DNA of 64,000 bases from Andalucia godoyi And28 (GCA_009859145.1 VRVR01000040.1:210770-274769); one strand, 5' to 3'; counted from the stretch's first letter, positions 29,746 through 42,109 are shown. Numbers and translations: made by a program. Notes: generated from the letters alone by a model not told the origin.

Positions 29746-32700
29746 GTCGTGGGCGTTTTCTCGTTTTCTCGTTTTCTCGTTTCTCTTCTTCTTCTTCTTC
29801 TTCTGTTCCTCAAAATCCAAGCGTCTCTTTTCCTTTTTGTGTGTTATAAAATCCTTCTTTTTTCCCTTCTTTTTGGTGCGTATTTTCTCTTCATTGTGGT
29901 TATTGGGTTTCGAGGCAAGGCGCAAAAAGCCCACAGAGCAGCCGTTGAGGGTTTGCTTGAGGCAGCACTTGACGCTAGGATTCAAAAGACAAAAAACTTT
30001 TACAAGCGCTGTTGATGGGAAACGGGGGCTCCTTAGCGCGTCCATGCGAGCAAGGGCCGGGGGCTAGTCTACGCGGTCCGCGGTGGGAATACGGAGGTCA
30101 TGGGCTCTGGATTGCAGCTCATGACTCTGCAACGGCCGTCAAATTGACGCTGTTGTGTGGTGGCGGTGTCTGTTTTGTCCTTGTGTGGAGACATTTTGGT
30201 CACCGGGAGAAACCGGTGGCATGACGCCGAGGACACCGACCGCCGGGATTGAGAGATGACGAGCACCCCCCTTTCGGCGAAGCGAAGGCTCTGCACTGGG
30301 TAGCGCGGTCGGCATGCAAACCCTACCCCGATGGGATCCACATACTCGGATGACACCCCCAACCCACCGCCGAAAGATGCATGCACTTGTTGTCGCAAAA
30401 CGATCCCATCGTCCGTCAACACACAGAAACCAACCTCGGCTTTGCTCCCCAGCGGGCGTCATGTCCATCGGTATAAGAGTGTCTATGACTCGGGAAAAAA
30501 CGCGGCTTCGAACACATGATGGCAGTGCATGCATGTATGCAGGCTCCAGCAGTACGCGTGCCCTCCTCCCCTCTCCTTCTGTGATGGTGGGTCGTAACTT
30601 CCTTCGATACTGTTGTGCTTTACTTTTGCGAATTCAACGCATCAAGGGGCGCTGAAGGCGGTACGTCCAAGCATCTTCCGTCCCCCGCAGGATCTAGTAG
30701 CCAAGTGTACAGAGACGAGTCGAAGCTTGCAATTCACGGTGGTGTAGGGGAGAGGTTGCTTTCGGAGTAACGGGAATCCTGGCGACTGGCGACTGCGCGG
30801 ACGTGACTCGCGCGCCTTTCCCCCAAATCCACCATCCGCTTGTCAATCGCTTTGGGCCATCTGCGTCAAACGCGTTCCACGCACAGCCCCTCGCCCTTTC
30901 GCAGAGTTCCGTAAAACATTGTGTGGTTGCATTCCGAATGCCTTGAGTAGCATACAAGCAAACATACACGGATCACACGCATCCCCATCCAACTGTTGAA
31001 TTAAAAAGGAATAGCGTGGGCACGTGTGCACGGATACAAAACTGTTTGCTAAGGAGACCGCCGTACGACGTGCTTCCACGGCAGATGGGGTGTCCCCTCC
31101 CCTCCCTCTCCCCGGTCTCCGCCTTTTGGTCAAGTGCCAGGCCTTCCATAGCAAACAGCAGCAGCGGGCAGCAAGCGAGCAACACTGTCGCACAGCACTG
31201 GCCACAAGCCCTCGTTCGAGGACATCTTGCTTGATGGCAAGAGCGCAGTGCTTTTTGCAGATGTGCCAATGAAGGAGCGCCCCAAGTGAATCACCCTCAG
31301 AGTGAAAAACATCATCACGACGCACAGCATAAACGAGTCGACATGATCAGTGCAGAGGGGGAAGAAAGACAGGGTGTGTGGCAGAACACCACGCAGTTCA
31401 AGAGTGTACAAAAGACGAAGAAGAAGAAGAAGAAGAAGAAATAAAAACGGCGAAACGGACCGCCTGGCCCCTCAGCCAACGGGCTGCTGCTGTTGATGCG
31501 CCATTTTTTTGTGTGAAGTTGGTAAAACAAAGAAGAACACACAGTGTCCAAACCACCACCGTCCATTATGCAGTCGTTTGACCCTTTGTCGTCTTCCCCT
31601 GCGCGCCGGTGAACTGTGCCTTGGTTGATTCCTGGAAGGTGATAAAACGTTTTCATGCGACGACTGCTACCATTGCTACGGCGGTCACCGACGCAGCAGG
31701 GGAAAGGCGACAAAAGGGGGCTTGCTATAAGGGTTGACGGAAACGCATGACGCCTCGTCGCTTCCCCCACCTCCGGCGCATAATCGTAGGCATTCCACCA
31801 CAAACATTACCTCGTCTGTCCAGACATTTTTGTTTTGGGCTTCTTGCTCCCATCGCTCATCGTCCGCACGCCTTGCCCGGCAGCCGTGATGTCGTCAACA
31901 AAAGCATTCTGCAATAGGAAATTTAAATCACGGCCTGTCATGTCCACGCCTTCCCCCCCCACCGCTCCGGGGAGTCCCTCGCGTTTCCGAAGACTTGGGG
32001 GAAGTCGCCAACTTTAGAAATAGTGTTGTTCTCGCGTCATATTTGGCCATTCAACCAATATTGGATAATGCTGCTCTCCGGAGTTCGACAGCGCTTTTCT
32101 GCCCTTCCGTAGACAATTTGATGTGCGAAGACGGTATCGTCTGCCGGCACAGTGCAAACATCGCTGCGCCATGCAAGTAGAAGCGGGAGCTTCGTCACAG
32201 CGGAAGCACATCCGAGTCTCCCGGATTGAAAAGCGAGCATTCGACTTCTGGTTTGAGCTGTCCGATACGGGCGTGATGACTTGTATGAGATCGGTGATAC
32301 GATGCAAAACAGGTGCTGAAACATGACGGACATTTCCGGTGGTGCTCGCGCATGGAGAGTTCCAGTAGCTTCCCTCGGCGGGGGCGATCTTGTGTCCTTC
32401 CCCGCACAAACAAGCATGTCCTCGCACACGAGGTTTCCGTTCTCCGCTGCGGAGCTGGGTGCAAATGCTTCCGCGGGTGTGAAAAACGAGTCCACGTTGA
32501 GCCCTTTCCCATGTCTGCCTGCACCAGTCGGTTTTCGCTATTCTGTAGTCTGCTCGCATGAAGCACACTCAACTTGGATGTGCTGCTCGACCTTCGGTGT
32601 ATGACGGTTCCTTGTAACAGACGGAGATACAACATCCGGGCTAGCGTCTCGTCGCACCCCCCGCCTACTGCCTCTCAAATATTCCGAGTCCGTGTGTCTC

Positions 32701-33119
32701 TATCCTCAATCGCTTGTGATTGTTGCCATATTTGCTTCTCGTACAGTTCCTAGGAACCCGTATGCATCTCTTCAACCGGTTCCTGCCTCCCATTCTTGAC
32801 CACTTTTCCCAAAATTCCAATTTCCATCCGTCCCGCTCTCCTCTGATCCATTCAACTTTTGCTGCGTTGACCAAAAAGCTCCCTCCTTTTTTCGCACAAC
32901 GTTCGACTTCTTTCTTTTTTCGAACATTTTTATACATTTTTTTCTCCCCTCTCGACCCACCTTCTTCTCCGTCATCTGCTTTCCCAGAATCGCAGCGGTT
33001 TTGTCAACCCCCACCCCCCCTCTCCCCCCCCTCTTTACACAGACCTGTTTCCATTTGTGTGAAACACCATCTAGATATTTATACTGTTCGCCGTGTGCCT
33101 GTCGACTCTTGGTATCTGA

Positions 33120-35480
33120 ATGTCCGAAGGTTTTCGAGCTTCTGATCAGCAACCGATGCCACCGCACCTCGTTCAGACGACCGCACATCAAGCATATGCA
33201 AACACCAGTGGCTCTCCAAATAATATCCCTAGTTTCCAGCCCCAATCATCATCACTGAGCCCTTTAGCAGGCAGCATGATCCAAAGCAATACAAATTCGA
33301 GATCGTACCATCCGCACATGCATGGGTTCCCGCCGACAACCTCCGCTGCAAATCCCCAGTCCTCTGCAATGCCGCAAGCAGGCTATGCTCAGCAATATGC
33401 TAACCCAGCTGGCTCGCAGTACCCGTCTTCTGGAAACTCGTCCAACGCTGCTGGTGTGTCGGGCAACGCCGGGCAGAGTCTTGTGGAGACAGCCCAGATA
33501 CAACTGGGTGGAAGCCATGGCGCACATGATCATGGCACCTCATCACAGTACTACGCCCGACAACCGGGCGGCTCCCAGAATGGCGCGCAGCATCCGCAAT
33601 TGTTCCAGCAGCAGCTATTCCAGCAGCAATCTGCAATGCAGAACATGCAAGGAAAACAAGGATCAATGGGAACCGTGTATTTGCAGAATCCACATTCTTT
33701 GAATCCAGTGCAGTTGGACCAACATCCCACCAACGGCGCTGCAGGAAACGCAAATTCTGGGGTGTCCGGACTGGTGAATCTGTCGAGCGCTGCTGCGAAT
33801 GGATTTACCGTTGGAAGTGGTGTTGCAACAAATGGAGCACTGCTGCCGAGCATTCCGGATTCTCTTTCTCTGGTTCACATGCAGCAGCACCAGCAGCAGC
33901 AACAACAGCAGCACCAGCAACAACAACAGCAACAACAATTACATCAACAGCTGCACCAGCAACATCAACAGCAACATCAACAGCAGCAGCAGCTGTTGTC
34001 TTCCGGAGGCCAGCCTGGGATGGCGCAACCCATTGGTCTCATGGGACAGCAAATGCAGCAGCACAATCCAATATATGGTTCGCAAGGAAGTGCGCCGTCC
34101 GGGACGATGCAGCCGACTTCCAACTTTGCGTACGGAATGCAGTTTCCGCCTGGTGTGTATGCTCCCCAAGGAATGCACAATACTCCTGCTCAGAACTTTG
34201 GACAATATCCGATGCCTGCTCAGTATCCGGGGTTGTCTTACCAGGGCGGTCCGAATGCCGTGGATTCTGGATTTCAAGGGGCAGTCTCTGCGCAGGCGAT
34301 GGACCAGTGGGCGGCACTGCATCATGGAAATGCAAATGCAGGGTATCCGATGACTGGTCCGGGCGAGTTGCAATCAATCAGCCCATTCTCGTCTCCCTTG
34401 TCGACCATTAAGCTTTCTCCCGAAGAAGAAGAGCTTCTGGCTCGAGTCACTCCAGAGCCGAGAAGGCCCGTGTCCTCGTTTTTCTTGTACTGTGTTGCCA
34501 ATCGATCGGAAATGAGAAACGAGTATCCGGACCTTAAGTCGTCAGAGGTGACCGAGGTACTCGCAAGAAAATGGGCTTCGATGTCGCCGGACGAAAAACA
34601 TCAATATGAACAGAAGGCAGACCAGGATCGCCGGGAGTATCACCGATTGAAAGACCAACATAAGCGCGATGTCGATCATCTTCCTGCGACTCTTCGATCG
34701 GTTTATCTGGCCCGACAAGGCAAGTTGGATCCGCAGACGCAGAGCCAGCCATACAACAGCTATGATGCGGGTTTGCCGAGGCCGATGAGCGCGGACTCTC
34801 ATCTTCCTTACCATTCCAGTGCCCCGGCTGGCAGCGTGTCGCTTGGTGGAAATGTGCCTCCTGCAATGACAGGCTCCCATTCATACCCTGCTCTTGGCCA
34901 GTACACGCAAGCCGGGTTGATGCACTATGGTGGTCCTCCAGAATACGGAATGACCCTGTCGTCGCGAAGCGGTCCGTCGTCCGAGGACGTGTCTCGATGG
35001 AGGGCATCAGGCATCGCTAATCGCGCGCGGGGTGGCCTTCATGAGCTTCGCGGGACGGACGGAGCTTATCAATTTGGAGAGGGTTCCTTTAGCTACACGC
35101 GCGAAGATGCGGACGCAGATTTGAACGCTCCGTCTTCAAAGCGACGAAAAGAAAAAGATCCGAACGCACCGAAAAAGCCGACGCCGATCTTCATCTATTT
35201 CTGCATGGAGAATCGCAATGCTGTTCGTCAGCAGTTTCCGCACCTCAAGCCTTCTGAATTCCAGGCAAAGATGGGAGAGCTGTTTCGTTCCCTTACGTCA
35301 GAGCAGTTGGTTCCGTTTAAGAAAATGGCTGAGGACGACATGAGGCGCTACATGACTGAGATGTCCAGCTACCGATCGAGTGGCAAGAGGAATGAAGAGC
35401 CCACTTCGGATGATTCCACAGAGGAAGCAGACAGTAACAGAGACGGAAAACCAAGTGACAGGAGAAAGAAGAACCAGTAG
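33120..35480 (+). CDS. Gln-rich protein with two HMG boxes
   Basis: PRRPVSSFFLY...LARKWASMSPDEKHQYE and KDPNAPKKPTPIFIYF...MGELFRSLTSEQLVPF; N-terminal poly-Q. Confidence 0.88.
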   Translation: MSEGFRASDQQPMPPHLVQTTAHQAYANTSGSPNNIPSFQPQSSSLSPLAGSMIQSNTNSRSYHPHMHGFPPTTSAANPQSSAMPQAGYAQQYANPAGSQYPSSGNSSNAAGVSGNAGQSLVETAQIQLGGSHGAHDHGTSSQYYARQPGGSQNGAQHPQLFQQQLFQQQSAMQNMQGKQGSMGTVYLQNPHSLNPVQLDQHPTNGAAGNANSGVSGLVNLSSAAANGFTVGSGVATNGALLPSIPDSLSLVHMQQHQQQQQQQHQQQQQQQQLHQQLHQQHQQQHQQQQQLLSSGGQPGMAQPIGLMGQQMQQHNPIYGSQGSAPSGTMQPTSNFAYGMQFPPGVYAPQGMHNTPAQNFGQYPMPAQYPGLSYQGGPNAVDSGFQGAVSAQAMDQWAALHHGNANAGYPMTGPGELQSISPFSSPLSTIKLSPEEEELLARVTPEPRRPVSSFFLYCVANRSEMRNEYPDLKSSEVTEVLARKWASMSPDEKHQYEQKADQDRREYHRLKDQHKRDVDHLPATLRSVYLARQGKLDPQTQSQPYNSYDAGLPRPMSADSHLPYHSSAPAGSVSLGGNVPPAMTGSHSYPALGQYTQAGLMHYGGPPEYGMTLSSRSGPSSEDVSRWRASGIANRARGGLHELRGTDGAYQFGEGSFSYTREDADADLNAPSSKRRKEKDPNAPKKPTPIFIYFCMENRNAVRQQFPHLKPSEFQAKMGELFRSLTSEQLVPFKKMAEDDMRRYMTEMSSYRSSGKRNEEPTSDDSTEEADSNRDGKPSDRRKKNQ

Positions 35481-37021
35481 GAGAACATCAGCCTCTTTTC
35501 TCGTTTCTTTCTTCTTGGATCGCTTTTGATTTTTAGGTTGGTTTTTCGCTGACCTCGGGGCAAGACTGACATGGCAAGAAAACATGCGACACTGAGGGAA
35601 GTCGCTTTTTTTTCTTCTTTTTGCCAGGTCTTTGGAGGCCCATCAGGCCATCACAATATTTGGGCACTGCCTGGTGCGTGCATTGCTTGCACCGGGAGGT
35701 TGAGCGGAATCACCAGATCAGCCATCGCCCATCGGCAGCTCAGACGTTATACACTCTTGTTCATTTGTGGTCGTACCTTGTTTGGAATTGGTGCCGACCT
35801 GGCGAGGAAGCTTCTGGAAGGATATGACTGTCCAATTTTGAGAACTTTGACCATTGTTGATAGCCTTTTGTTTCCAGTCTTTCCACACCTTCGCTTCTGC
35901 CACCGTCCTCGCGAGTTGCGACTGGTTCGTGCGATGACGTCGCTCTTGGTCCTTCCCATTTCCCATTTCCTATTTTTTGCTCTTCCCTCTTCCCTCTTCC
36001 CATTTTCCATTTTCCTCTCTCGCCTGATCGCCCCTTTCCCCCCCATTTCAAATTTCTAGAGTTTGCTTAGATGTCTTTTACCCGTTGCGACCCATAAATT
36101 GTTGATTATATTTTTCTGCGCTTTGTGGGGAATCGGTGTGGTGCTGGTGATACGAGAGAGTGCGGGCGTGGTGCGAGTGTTTTGGCGTCTTAAATTCGCT
36201 GCTGAGCCGTGGTGATCCGCACAGCTAATCAGAATGCATGAATTCCGCAAATCCCCCCCCGTCTTTGATATGCAGAAGAGGCCCAGTGTCAACCACGCAG
36301 TTCAAATGCAACTGTTTGCAAGAACCGGTTGTCGCGAAGCACCAGCACGCACTCGACATTTTTCTTTTCCGCACCTTGTTGTTGCTGTTGCTGTTGTGCG
36401 AACGGCTCCCGTTGTCTGTAAATCGCCATTTCTCCATTTCTCCAATCCTCCATTCCTCCACCGCATCTTTCGAGCCAATGATGGTGCCTCCGCCTTTTCA
36501 GCAGTGCCGTCAGACACACGGTCTTGTGTGCATGAACCTGCAAGCATGAGAGTGAGCGGGAGTGGGTCACTGCAGATGTCGTTCAGCAAGCAAAATGATT
36601 ACTGTGCAGTTGATTACATGCAGTGCGGACCCCGAGCAGCAACCGCCCTCGTTGATTAATTGCGCCTTGGAGACAAACAGTCAGTATCTTCAAAATCGTT
36701 TGAGGTTTGTGTCTTCTGTAGTCCGTTCGTCTGTCGAAGGGGGGGAAAGGATTTTTGGGGTCGGTCGGGCGCTGTCATGTCATTCACAAATCTCGCCGGA
36801 TGTCAGTAGGCTTCAGGCATTTTCTTTCCTCTCAACCTTGCATTTTATTATGATTCCTGCATTCAAACGGTGCAGCACTTCTTTTTTCTTGTGGTCTTCC
36901 TGCTCATATTCTCCCTCACTCGCAGTTTCTTTCCAAACCTCCTTTGCTCTCATATCCGTTCCCATTGTGTTGTCGTTTGGTTTGCTCTTTTTTTGTTTTT
37001 GTTTTTGTGAGGAATTTGTAG

Positions 37022-39571
37022 ATGTCTGCCGAGTTTGAATATGAAGAGTTTTCTGCGGAAGCTGGGGACGCTCCAAACCTAGTGGATCTGGTGATTGACG
37101 ATTCTCTTTCGCCGCTTGCTCGATTGGAGCAGTACATCACATCTCAGTACGGGTTCCAGCGAATAGTACTTACCAAGGATTTGCCATCAACTGTTGGATC
37201 TTGTTCTGCATCTGAAGTTTCCACTCGCATTTTCCCGCTGATGGGAACGTTGGTTTCAGACACGGAAGCTGCCGTGCGACAGGCATTCGCAGAAGTCATT
37301 CCACCAATTCTTGCTGCTTGCATGGCTCTCACCGAATCCGAGTTTGAGACGGCTCCGCCAAAGAAAAAGGATCAAAATCTGGCTGTCGAGGCAGCTGGCT
37401 TGCTTGTGCCGTTTTCCCTTCAGCTTTGCCTGGACACCACGCCTCAGGTCGCAGAATCTGCTATGGAAGCAGTAATGATCATCGCAAAGGTTATCTCTCA
37501 GCACATTGACGTGTTCTCTATTGGAAGCTGTAATCCTTCGAAAACGGAGGAGGAAGTGGCAGAGCTTCTTCTTGAATCGTTGATGGAAATGAGCGAGCCC
37601 AACGCCACAGATGATTCCCGGCTACGGTCAGCCGAATTGTTGTGCAGGCTGTCAAAAGAATGGGGCGTGGAGCTGCTGCGAGATCGCATCGTTCCGAGAG
37701 TCTTGGAGCTTGCGGATGATTCGCAGTTTACTGTGAGAAAAATGATCGCCATGCATCTTTGTGTTCCAGCAAAAGTTATTTACGAATCCATGGATCTCGC
37801 AGATGAAGATGATGAACAAAATGCTGATAGTAGCAAGGTGAAACCTTCGCGAAGCTTGAATGACCTGTTTGGTAATGATGAGATGGCCGTTGCAATCTGG
37901 GACACGTTTATCCAGCTTTCCGAAGATGATATTTGGGGCGTTCGAAATTCTTGTGCACAGTCTCTACCGCAAATGGTGCGCTCCCTCCCTTCTCAAGTTC
38001 GAGCGTCTCTTGCACTTCCACGGCTGAACAAGTTTCTGACGGACTCGTCACGCTGGGTACGACATGCAGTTTTCAGAAGCCTTGGACAGACGCTGTCCAT
38101 GCTGGACTCCAGCCAGATTCCGGAGGCACTCGTGAAGCAGTTTGCGGCAATGCCAGGTGGTTCCGGTAGCGCTCCGTCCGCAATGGGAGGCATGACAGAA
38201 GAAGAGGCTTCCGAATTCTGTGCGTATGCATTCCCTGCATTGGCGCTTGCACTCGGTCCCGACCGCTGGACGCTGTTGGCGCCATGCTTCCAGATTCTTA
38301 TCAGACACACGTTCATCAGAGCTCGGAGAGCAATTGCATATGCGCTTGCAGATCTCGCTGTTGTTCTCGGCCCGAGGATCACCATCTCGCACATAGTGCC
38401 TGCATTTGAAGTGTTTCTCAGCGATCTAGACGAGGTGAAGGCGGGAGTGCTGCTTGGCGCATCAAGAATTTTATTTGTGCTTGCAAATCCGTCTTATTCT
38501 CTCGTGAATGCAATGGACAATGTTGCACTGCGTGACAAGGAAAGCACGGAGAAGGGAAAGGTAGAGGCCGAAAAGTTTATGCAGCGGGTGTGCCAGCTTC
38601 CAGCAACCTGCGACAATTGGAGACTACGCGCTTTGGTTGTCCAGACATGCGCGCATTGGGCTCTGTTGTCGGCTCCGCCTGCGGGCTCCGCCACGACTCC
38701 CTCCTCTGTTAAATCGTCCAAGCCCTCGCATATTGCAGAGGACGATACAGTCTTGACAAAATATGTTTTGCCAACCCTTCTGGACCTGTGGAGAGATCCT
38801 GTCGCCGAGGTTCGATGGATGGTTGCCGAAACGATGGCGTTGGTGATGATGAGGATTCCGGATGTCGTTGGTTCATCGTTTCTGAAGGATTACGCCTCGC
38901 AGCTCATGCTGTCCACGTCATCATCCAATGCAAATCCGTCGTCCTTCACAGTCTCTTCTGTCACTGCTCCCAGTTCGCCAACCACTCGAGCCGGGGCAGT
39001 TTCAGAAAAGGAGCGCATGCTTGTTGTGAAGTTTACATCAGCTTGTCTGAAGTGCTGTGTGTCACCGTCCTCGGTAATGGACGAAGTGAATGCACGTGCG
39101 TCCGAATCTTGTGATTCTCTTGCTGGTGTTCATCCGTCGGTGTCTTCTTCAACCCTTTCCTCTCCGAGTTCGTTGTCAAACATAGTTTCTTCAAAGTCTT
39201 CGTCATCGGCGTCATTTATTGGGCATGCATTCATGGTGTATCCCGTCGAGGATGACGAAGCAGATGAGATTCCGCAGGTATCGGACTTCCAAATCGCGTG
39301 GCATGCGCAAGTTGCAGCAGTGTCTTCCCAGGACAGAAAGAAGAAGCTTGCCGAGGGAATCAAGAAGTTTGTCATTCCCTGCATCAAGCCTCTTGCAGCC
39401 GACCGTGTTGTGAATGTCCGACTGGCACTTGCGAAGACCCTGGCGGATGCACGCAGCCAAACGAACGTTGCCGAAATCTCTGCCTTTTTGGTGGAATGCA
39501 AAGACATTGTTGCAAAGCTTTCCAAGGACACAGTTCCCGAAGTGAAGAGCTTGCTTGCTGCCGGAAAATAG
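37022..39571 (+). CDS. HEAT-repeat protein phosphatase 4 regulatory subunit 1-like
   Basis: DDSLSPLARLEQY, DDIWGVRNSCA, SRWVRHAVFRSLG, CAYAFPALALALG..RW, DLDEVKAGVL, NWRLR and DRVVNVR. Confidence 0.8.
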   Translation: MSAEFEYEEFSAEAGDAPNLVDLVIDDSLSPLARLEQYITSQYGFQRIVLTKDLPSTVGSCSASEVSTRIFPLMGTLVSDTEAAVRQAFAEVIPPILAACMALTESEFETAPPKKKDQNLAVEAAGLLVPFSLQLCLDTTPQVAESAMEAVMIIAKVISQHIDVFSIGSCNPSKTEEEVAELLLESLMEMSEPNATDDSRLRSAELLCRLSKEWGVELLRDRIVPRVLELADDSQFTVRKMIAMHLCVPAKVIYESMDLADEDDEQNADSSKVKPSRSLNDLFGNDEMAVAIWDTFIQLSEDDIWGVRNSCAQSLPQMVRSLPSQVRASLALPRLNKFLTDSSRWVRHAVFRSLGQTLSMLDSSQIPEALVKQFAAMPGGSGSAPSAMGGMTEEEASEFCAYAFPALALALGPDRWTLLAPCFQILIRHTFIRARRAIAYALADLAVVLGPRITISHIVPAFEVFLSDLDEVKAGVLLGASRILFVLANPSYSLVNAMDNVALRDKESTEKGKVEAEKFMQRVCQLPATCDNWRLRALVVQTCAHWALLSAPPAGSATTPSSVKSSKPSHIAEDDTVLTKYVLPTLLDLWRDPVAEVRWMVAETMALVMMRIPDVVGSSFLKDYASQLMLSTSSSNANPSSFTVSSVTAPSSPTTRAGAVSEKERMLVVKFTSACLKCCVSPSSVMDEVNARASESCDSLAGVHPSVSSSTLSSPSSLSNIVSSKSSSSASFIGHAFMVYPVEDDEADEIPQVSDFQIAWHAQVAAVSSQDRKKKLAEGIKKFVIPCIKPLAADRVVNVRLALAKTLADARSQTNVAEISAFLVECKDIVAKLSKDTVPEVKSLLAAGK

Positions 39572-39945
39572 ACGCAAAGTCGATTTTGCCGCGTTCACCT
39601 TCGTTCCCCCCCTTTCCTTTCTGTTTTGTTCCAAAAACCGCACTAGTCGTCTTCTGCCGCGCGGTCTTCTAGCAACAAAAAGCAATTGTATCGTACTATT
39701 TCCACGTTTGTCAATGCCTTCATGCTTGATGAAGGGGGTTTTCCTCCAAACCAGTAAAACTGAAAAGCTCTTCCTCTTCCTCTGTCTCTGTCTCTCTCTC
39801 GGAAACATTCTGCGGAAACACTTCAAGTTTAGGACGGTTTTTTTTTTCCCTTTTTCCTTTTTTCTTTTCTTTGTGTTTTTGGTTTGTTTGGGTTTCGAAT
39901 CCGGTCTTCTTCTTGGGGTGAGCGTCATTGCCGCCCTTTCTACGA

Positions 39946-41004
39946 ATGTCCATGCGTCCAAAGGTCCATTTCTTGAACGGATCCTTGGATGTCGGATCCA
40001 GATGGTGGGTGTTGCTGGGCTTGTTTCTGCGGATAGCAGGCTTTTGGACCATCCCGAGTCTGTCGCTGGTTCCGTATGCATCGTACGCGTCGCCCGTCGA
40101 GAGGTTCCTGTTTTCAACCACCACGTCAGATTTGCTGAATCCACCATGCACTCTTCTTTGGGCAGTCATCGACGTGCTGGCCTCCTTTATTCTTTCGCGA
40201 TCTCCACCGAAGAGCACGAGTCATTATCGGTACATTCTGATTGTGTGCATGCTGAATCCTCTGCAGTGGGTTGCAGTGCTTGCGCATTCGCCTGTCACGA
40301 TTCTATTCTTGCTCATCTCGCTGTTTTTGTACGCATCTGCACGGTCCTTGGAAGCTTGTTCGGTGTCTTGTTGTGCACTCGTTCTGGTGGTGTGTCCGGA
40401 AAAGCTGTTTTTGGCACCTGCCATGCTTGCGCTGAATGCAAAGGCCGGCATCAAATCATCCTCCACTTGGCTCGCGCTGATGACTGGACTCGCAGTTTCC
40501 TGCATTCTCGGCGGCATCCCTCCCGTGGTGCGATTGGAGCCGTCTTTGCATCCAACTTGGTACATGGTCACACAATCCTCCGTCGTATTTCACCCCTTGT
40601 TTCGCTGGTTCTCCTACCTGTCCCCGCTTTTCGTTTCGTACTTTGTTGTGCGAAAGTTTGGCTCGTTTGATCCACTGTTCAGCCTCGTGCTTTCATGCTG
40701 GACAGGACTTGGCCTTTCTGCGAGTTCCGTGCTTCCTGATGTGGGGCTGACCGTCGCATTGACTGCGATTTTCATTCCACAGCTCGTCACCCGTGTTCGT
40801 TTCCCCTTCACACTCCTCTTCTTCTTGCTGATTCTCATGTTTCTCGCACCCCTTCTGTACACTCTCGTTTTGTTCGAGTCGATCAATTTCAACTATCTGT
40901 TCTACCTCTCCACTGCCTTTTCGTTCTTTGTTGCCCTCGCAAGTTCGGAGCTTGCCGAAGCGAAACTGGCCATGCGTCGAAGTGCCAGCTCGCAGCAGCA
41001 GTAG
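39946..41004 (+). CDS. GPI transamidase subunit PIG-U/GAB1-like multi-TM protein
   Basis: Multi-TM; LNPLQ, LEPSLHPTWY (cf. PNIGLWWY) and NFNYLF near the C-terminus. Confidence 0.6.
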   Translation: MSMRPKVHFLNGSLDVGSRWWVLLGLFLRIAGFWTIPSLSLVPYASYASPVERFLFSTTTSDLLNPPCTLLWAVIDVLASFILSRSPPKSTSHYRYILIVCMLNPLQWVAVLAHSPVTILFLLISLFLYASARSLEACSVSCCALVLVVCPEKLFLAPAMLALNAKAGIKSSSTWLALMTGLAVSCILGGIPPVVRLEPSLHPTWYMVTQSSVVFHPLFRWFSYLSPLFVSYFVVRKFGSFDPLFSLVLSCWTGLGLSASSVLPDVGLTVALTAIFIPQLVTRVRFPFTLLFFLLILMFLAPLLYTLVLFESINFNYLFYLSTAFSFFVALASSELAEAKLAMRRSASSQQQ

Positions 41005-41256
41005 CAGCAGCAATTGGGCACATGCAGAAACGCTCTCGATGCCCGTATTCCTCGACATTCTGTGCACACGCGAATACAAGACGGAAAGAGGAAAGGCGGA
41101 ACAAAAAAGCAAGCAAAAAGGCAAGCAAGCAGAACACGATAATAATAATAATGATAATGATAATCATGATAATTAAAAGAAAAACAGAAAGGATTTTTGT
41201 GTCATCTTGCTATGTTCATTCACAGACTAAAAAGAAATATTTCTCGAGTAGGTTAC

Positions 41257-41544
41257 CTAGGAATGTTCTGGGGAGGTGGGTTTTGTCGAGATGCGCAGAG
41301 CATGCATGACTTCCATTTCTTGCTTGAGAACCGAATTCACCATTCTGTGTTGCTCTACAATGGTCTTGCCACGAAACATCGGCGACTCGACAACGACTGC
41401 AAAACTGACGCCGCAGCCGCCCGAGATGTCCTGCACGTTCAGCTTGGAAGGCTGTAGAGCCGAGCGCAGAATCTTCGAGATGGACGCTTCGGTCGGTCCC
41501 TCTGCTGCCGTCGACAGCAATCTGGCGAATCGCACGCGAAACAT
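41257..41544 (-). CDS. BolA family protein, probably mitochondrial
   Basis: VQDISGGCG..FAVVVESPMFRGKTIVEQHRMVN..HALRI. Confidence 0.92.
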   Translation of the reverse strand: MFRVRFARLLSTAAEGPTEASISKILRSALQPSKLNVQDISGGCGVSFAVVVESPMFRGKTIVEQHRMVNSVLKQEMEVMHALRISTKPTSPEHS

Positions 41545-41735
41545 GCTTCGTCTCTCAAAAAATTAATAAAATTATATTCCGCTCTTTACGAGGTTTTATT
41601 ATCCAACCACCAGCTTCCTTTTAGGCCCGTCAGAATTCAAAAATTAATTAAAATAAAAAAAGGACACAATCACAAACAAATAAAAAACGCACGAGGAAAA
41701 CATGCGGACTACAGTGCACTACAGTGGACACGGTT

Positions 41736-42109
41736 CCGCTCGCATTGTGGGTCATCGGCGAAGCCGTCACCGAGGACAGATCCAAGGCACATATGTTTTT
41801 TAAAAAAAAATTAACTGGGGCGAGCACCACCTCCTCAATGCAGATTGCTCTGCGTCAAAGGGTCGTCGCAACCACGAGTTTCTTGGTTCTCGGCATCGTC
41901 GCGGGCATGGCCGGTTTGCGTTTGTTGGGAACATCCCTCTTTGGAGCCATGCGATGTTTTTGTCTTTGTCTCTGATGAGAGGTGGTGCTTGAGGGATCGA
42001 TTAAAAATGTAAAAAAACAGAAAGGAAAAGAAAGGAATTTGAAAATTCTAGACATGACTATGGTAGGAACGTCTGTTGCTTGATGCTCAACGTTGATGCA
42101 GAAGATGCC
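41736..42109 (-). repeat. Dispersed repeat copy A (contains sORF MAPKRDVPNKRKPAMP..., 41855..41950)
   Basis: Near-identical blocks are shared with 54023-54354 and 60842-61246. Confidence 0.92.

Noticed and set aside
39555-40670. 371-aa plus-strand ORF overlapping the PIG-U-like gene, and other long shadow ORFs (e.g. 12135..13292 minus, 56317..57435 plus)
   Set aside because: They are alternative-frame or antisense shadows of well-supported genes in GC-rich coding DNA and lack motifs.
41830-41950. In-frame TGA read-through in repeat copy A (TTL*RRAIC) as a second selenoprotein
   Set aside because: That frame exists only because of a 2-nt insertion unique to copy A, there is no redox motif, and copies B and C use another frame.
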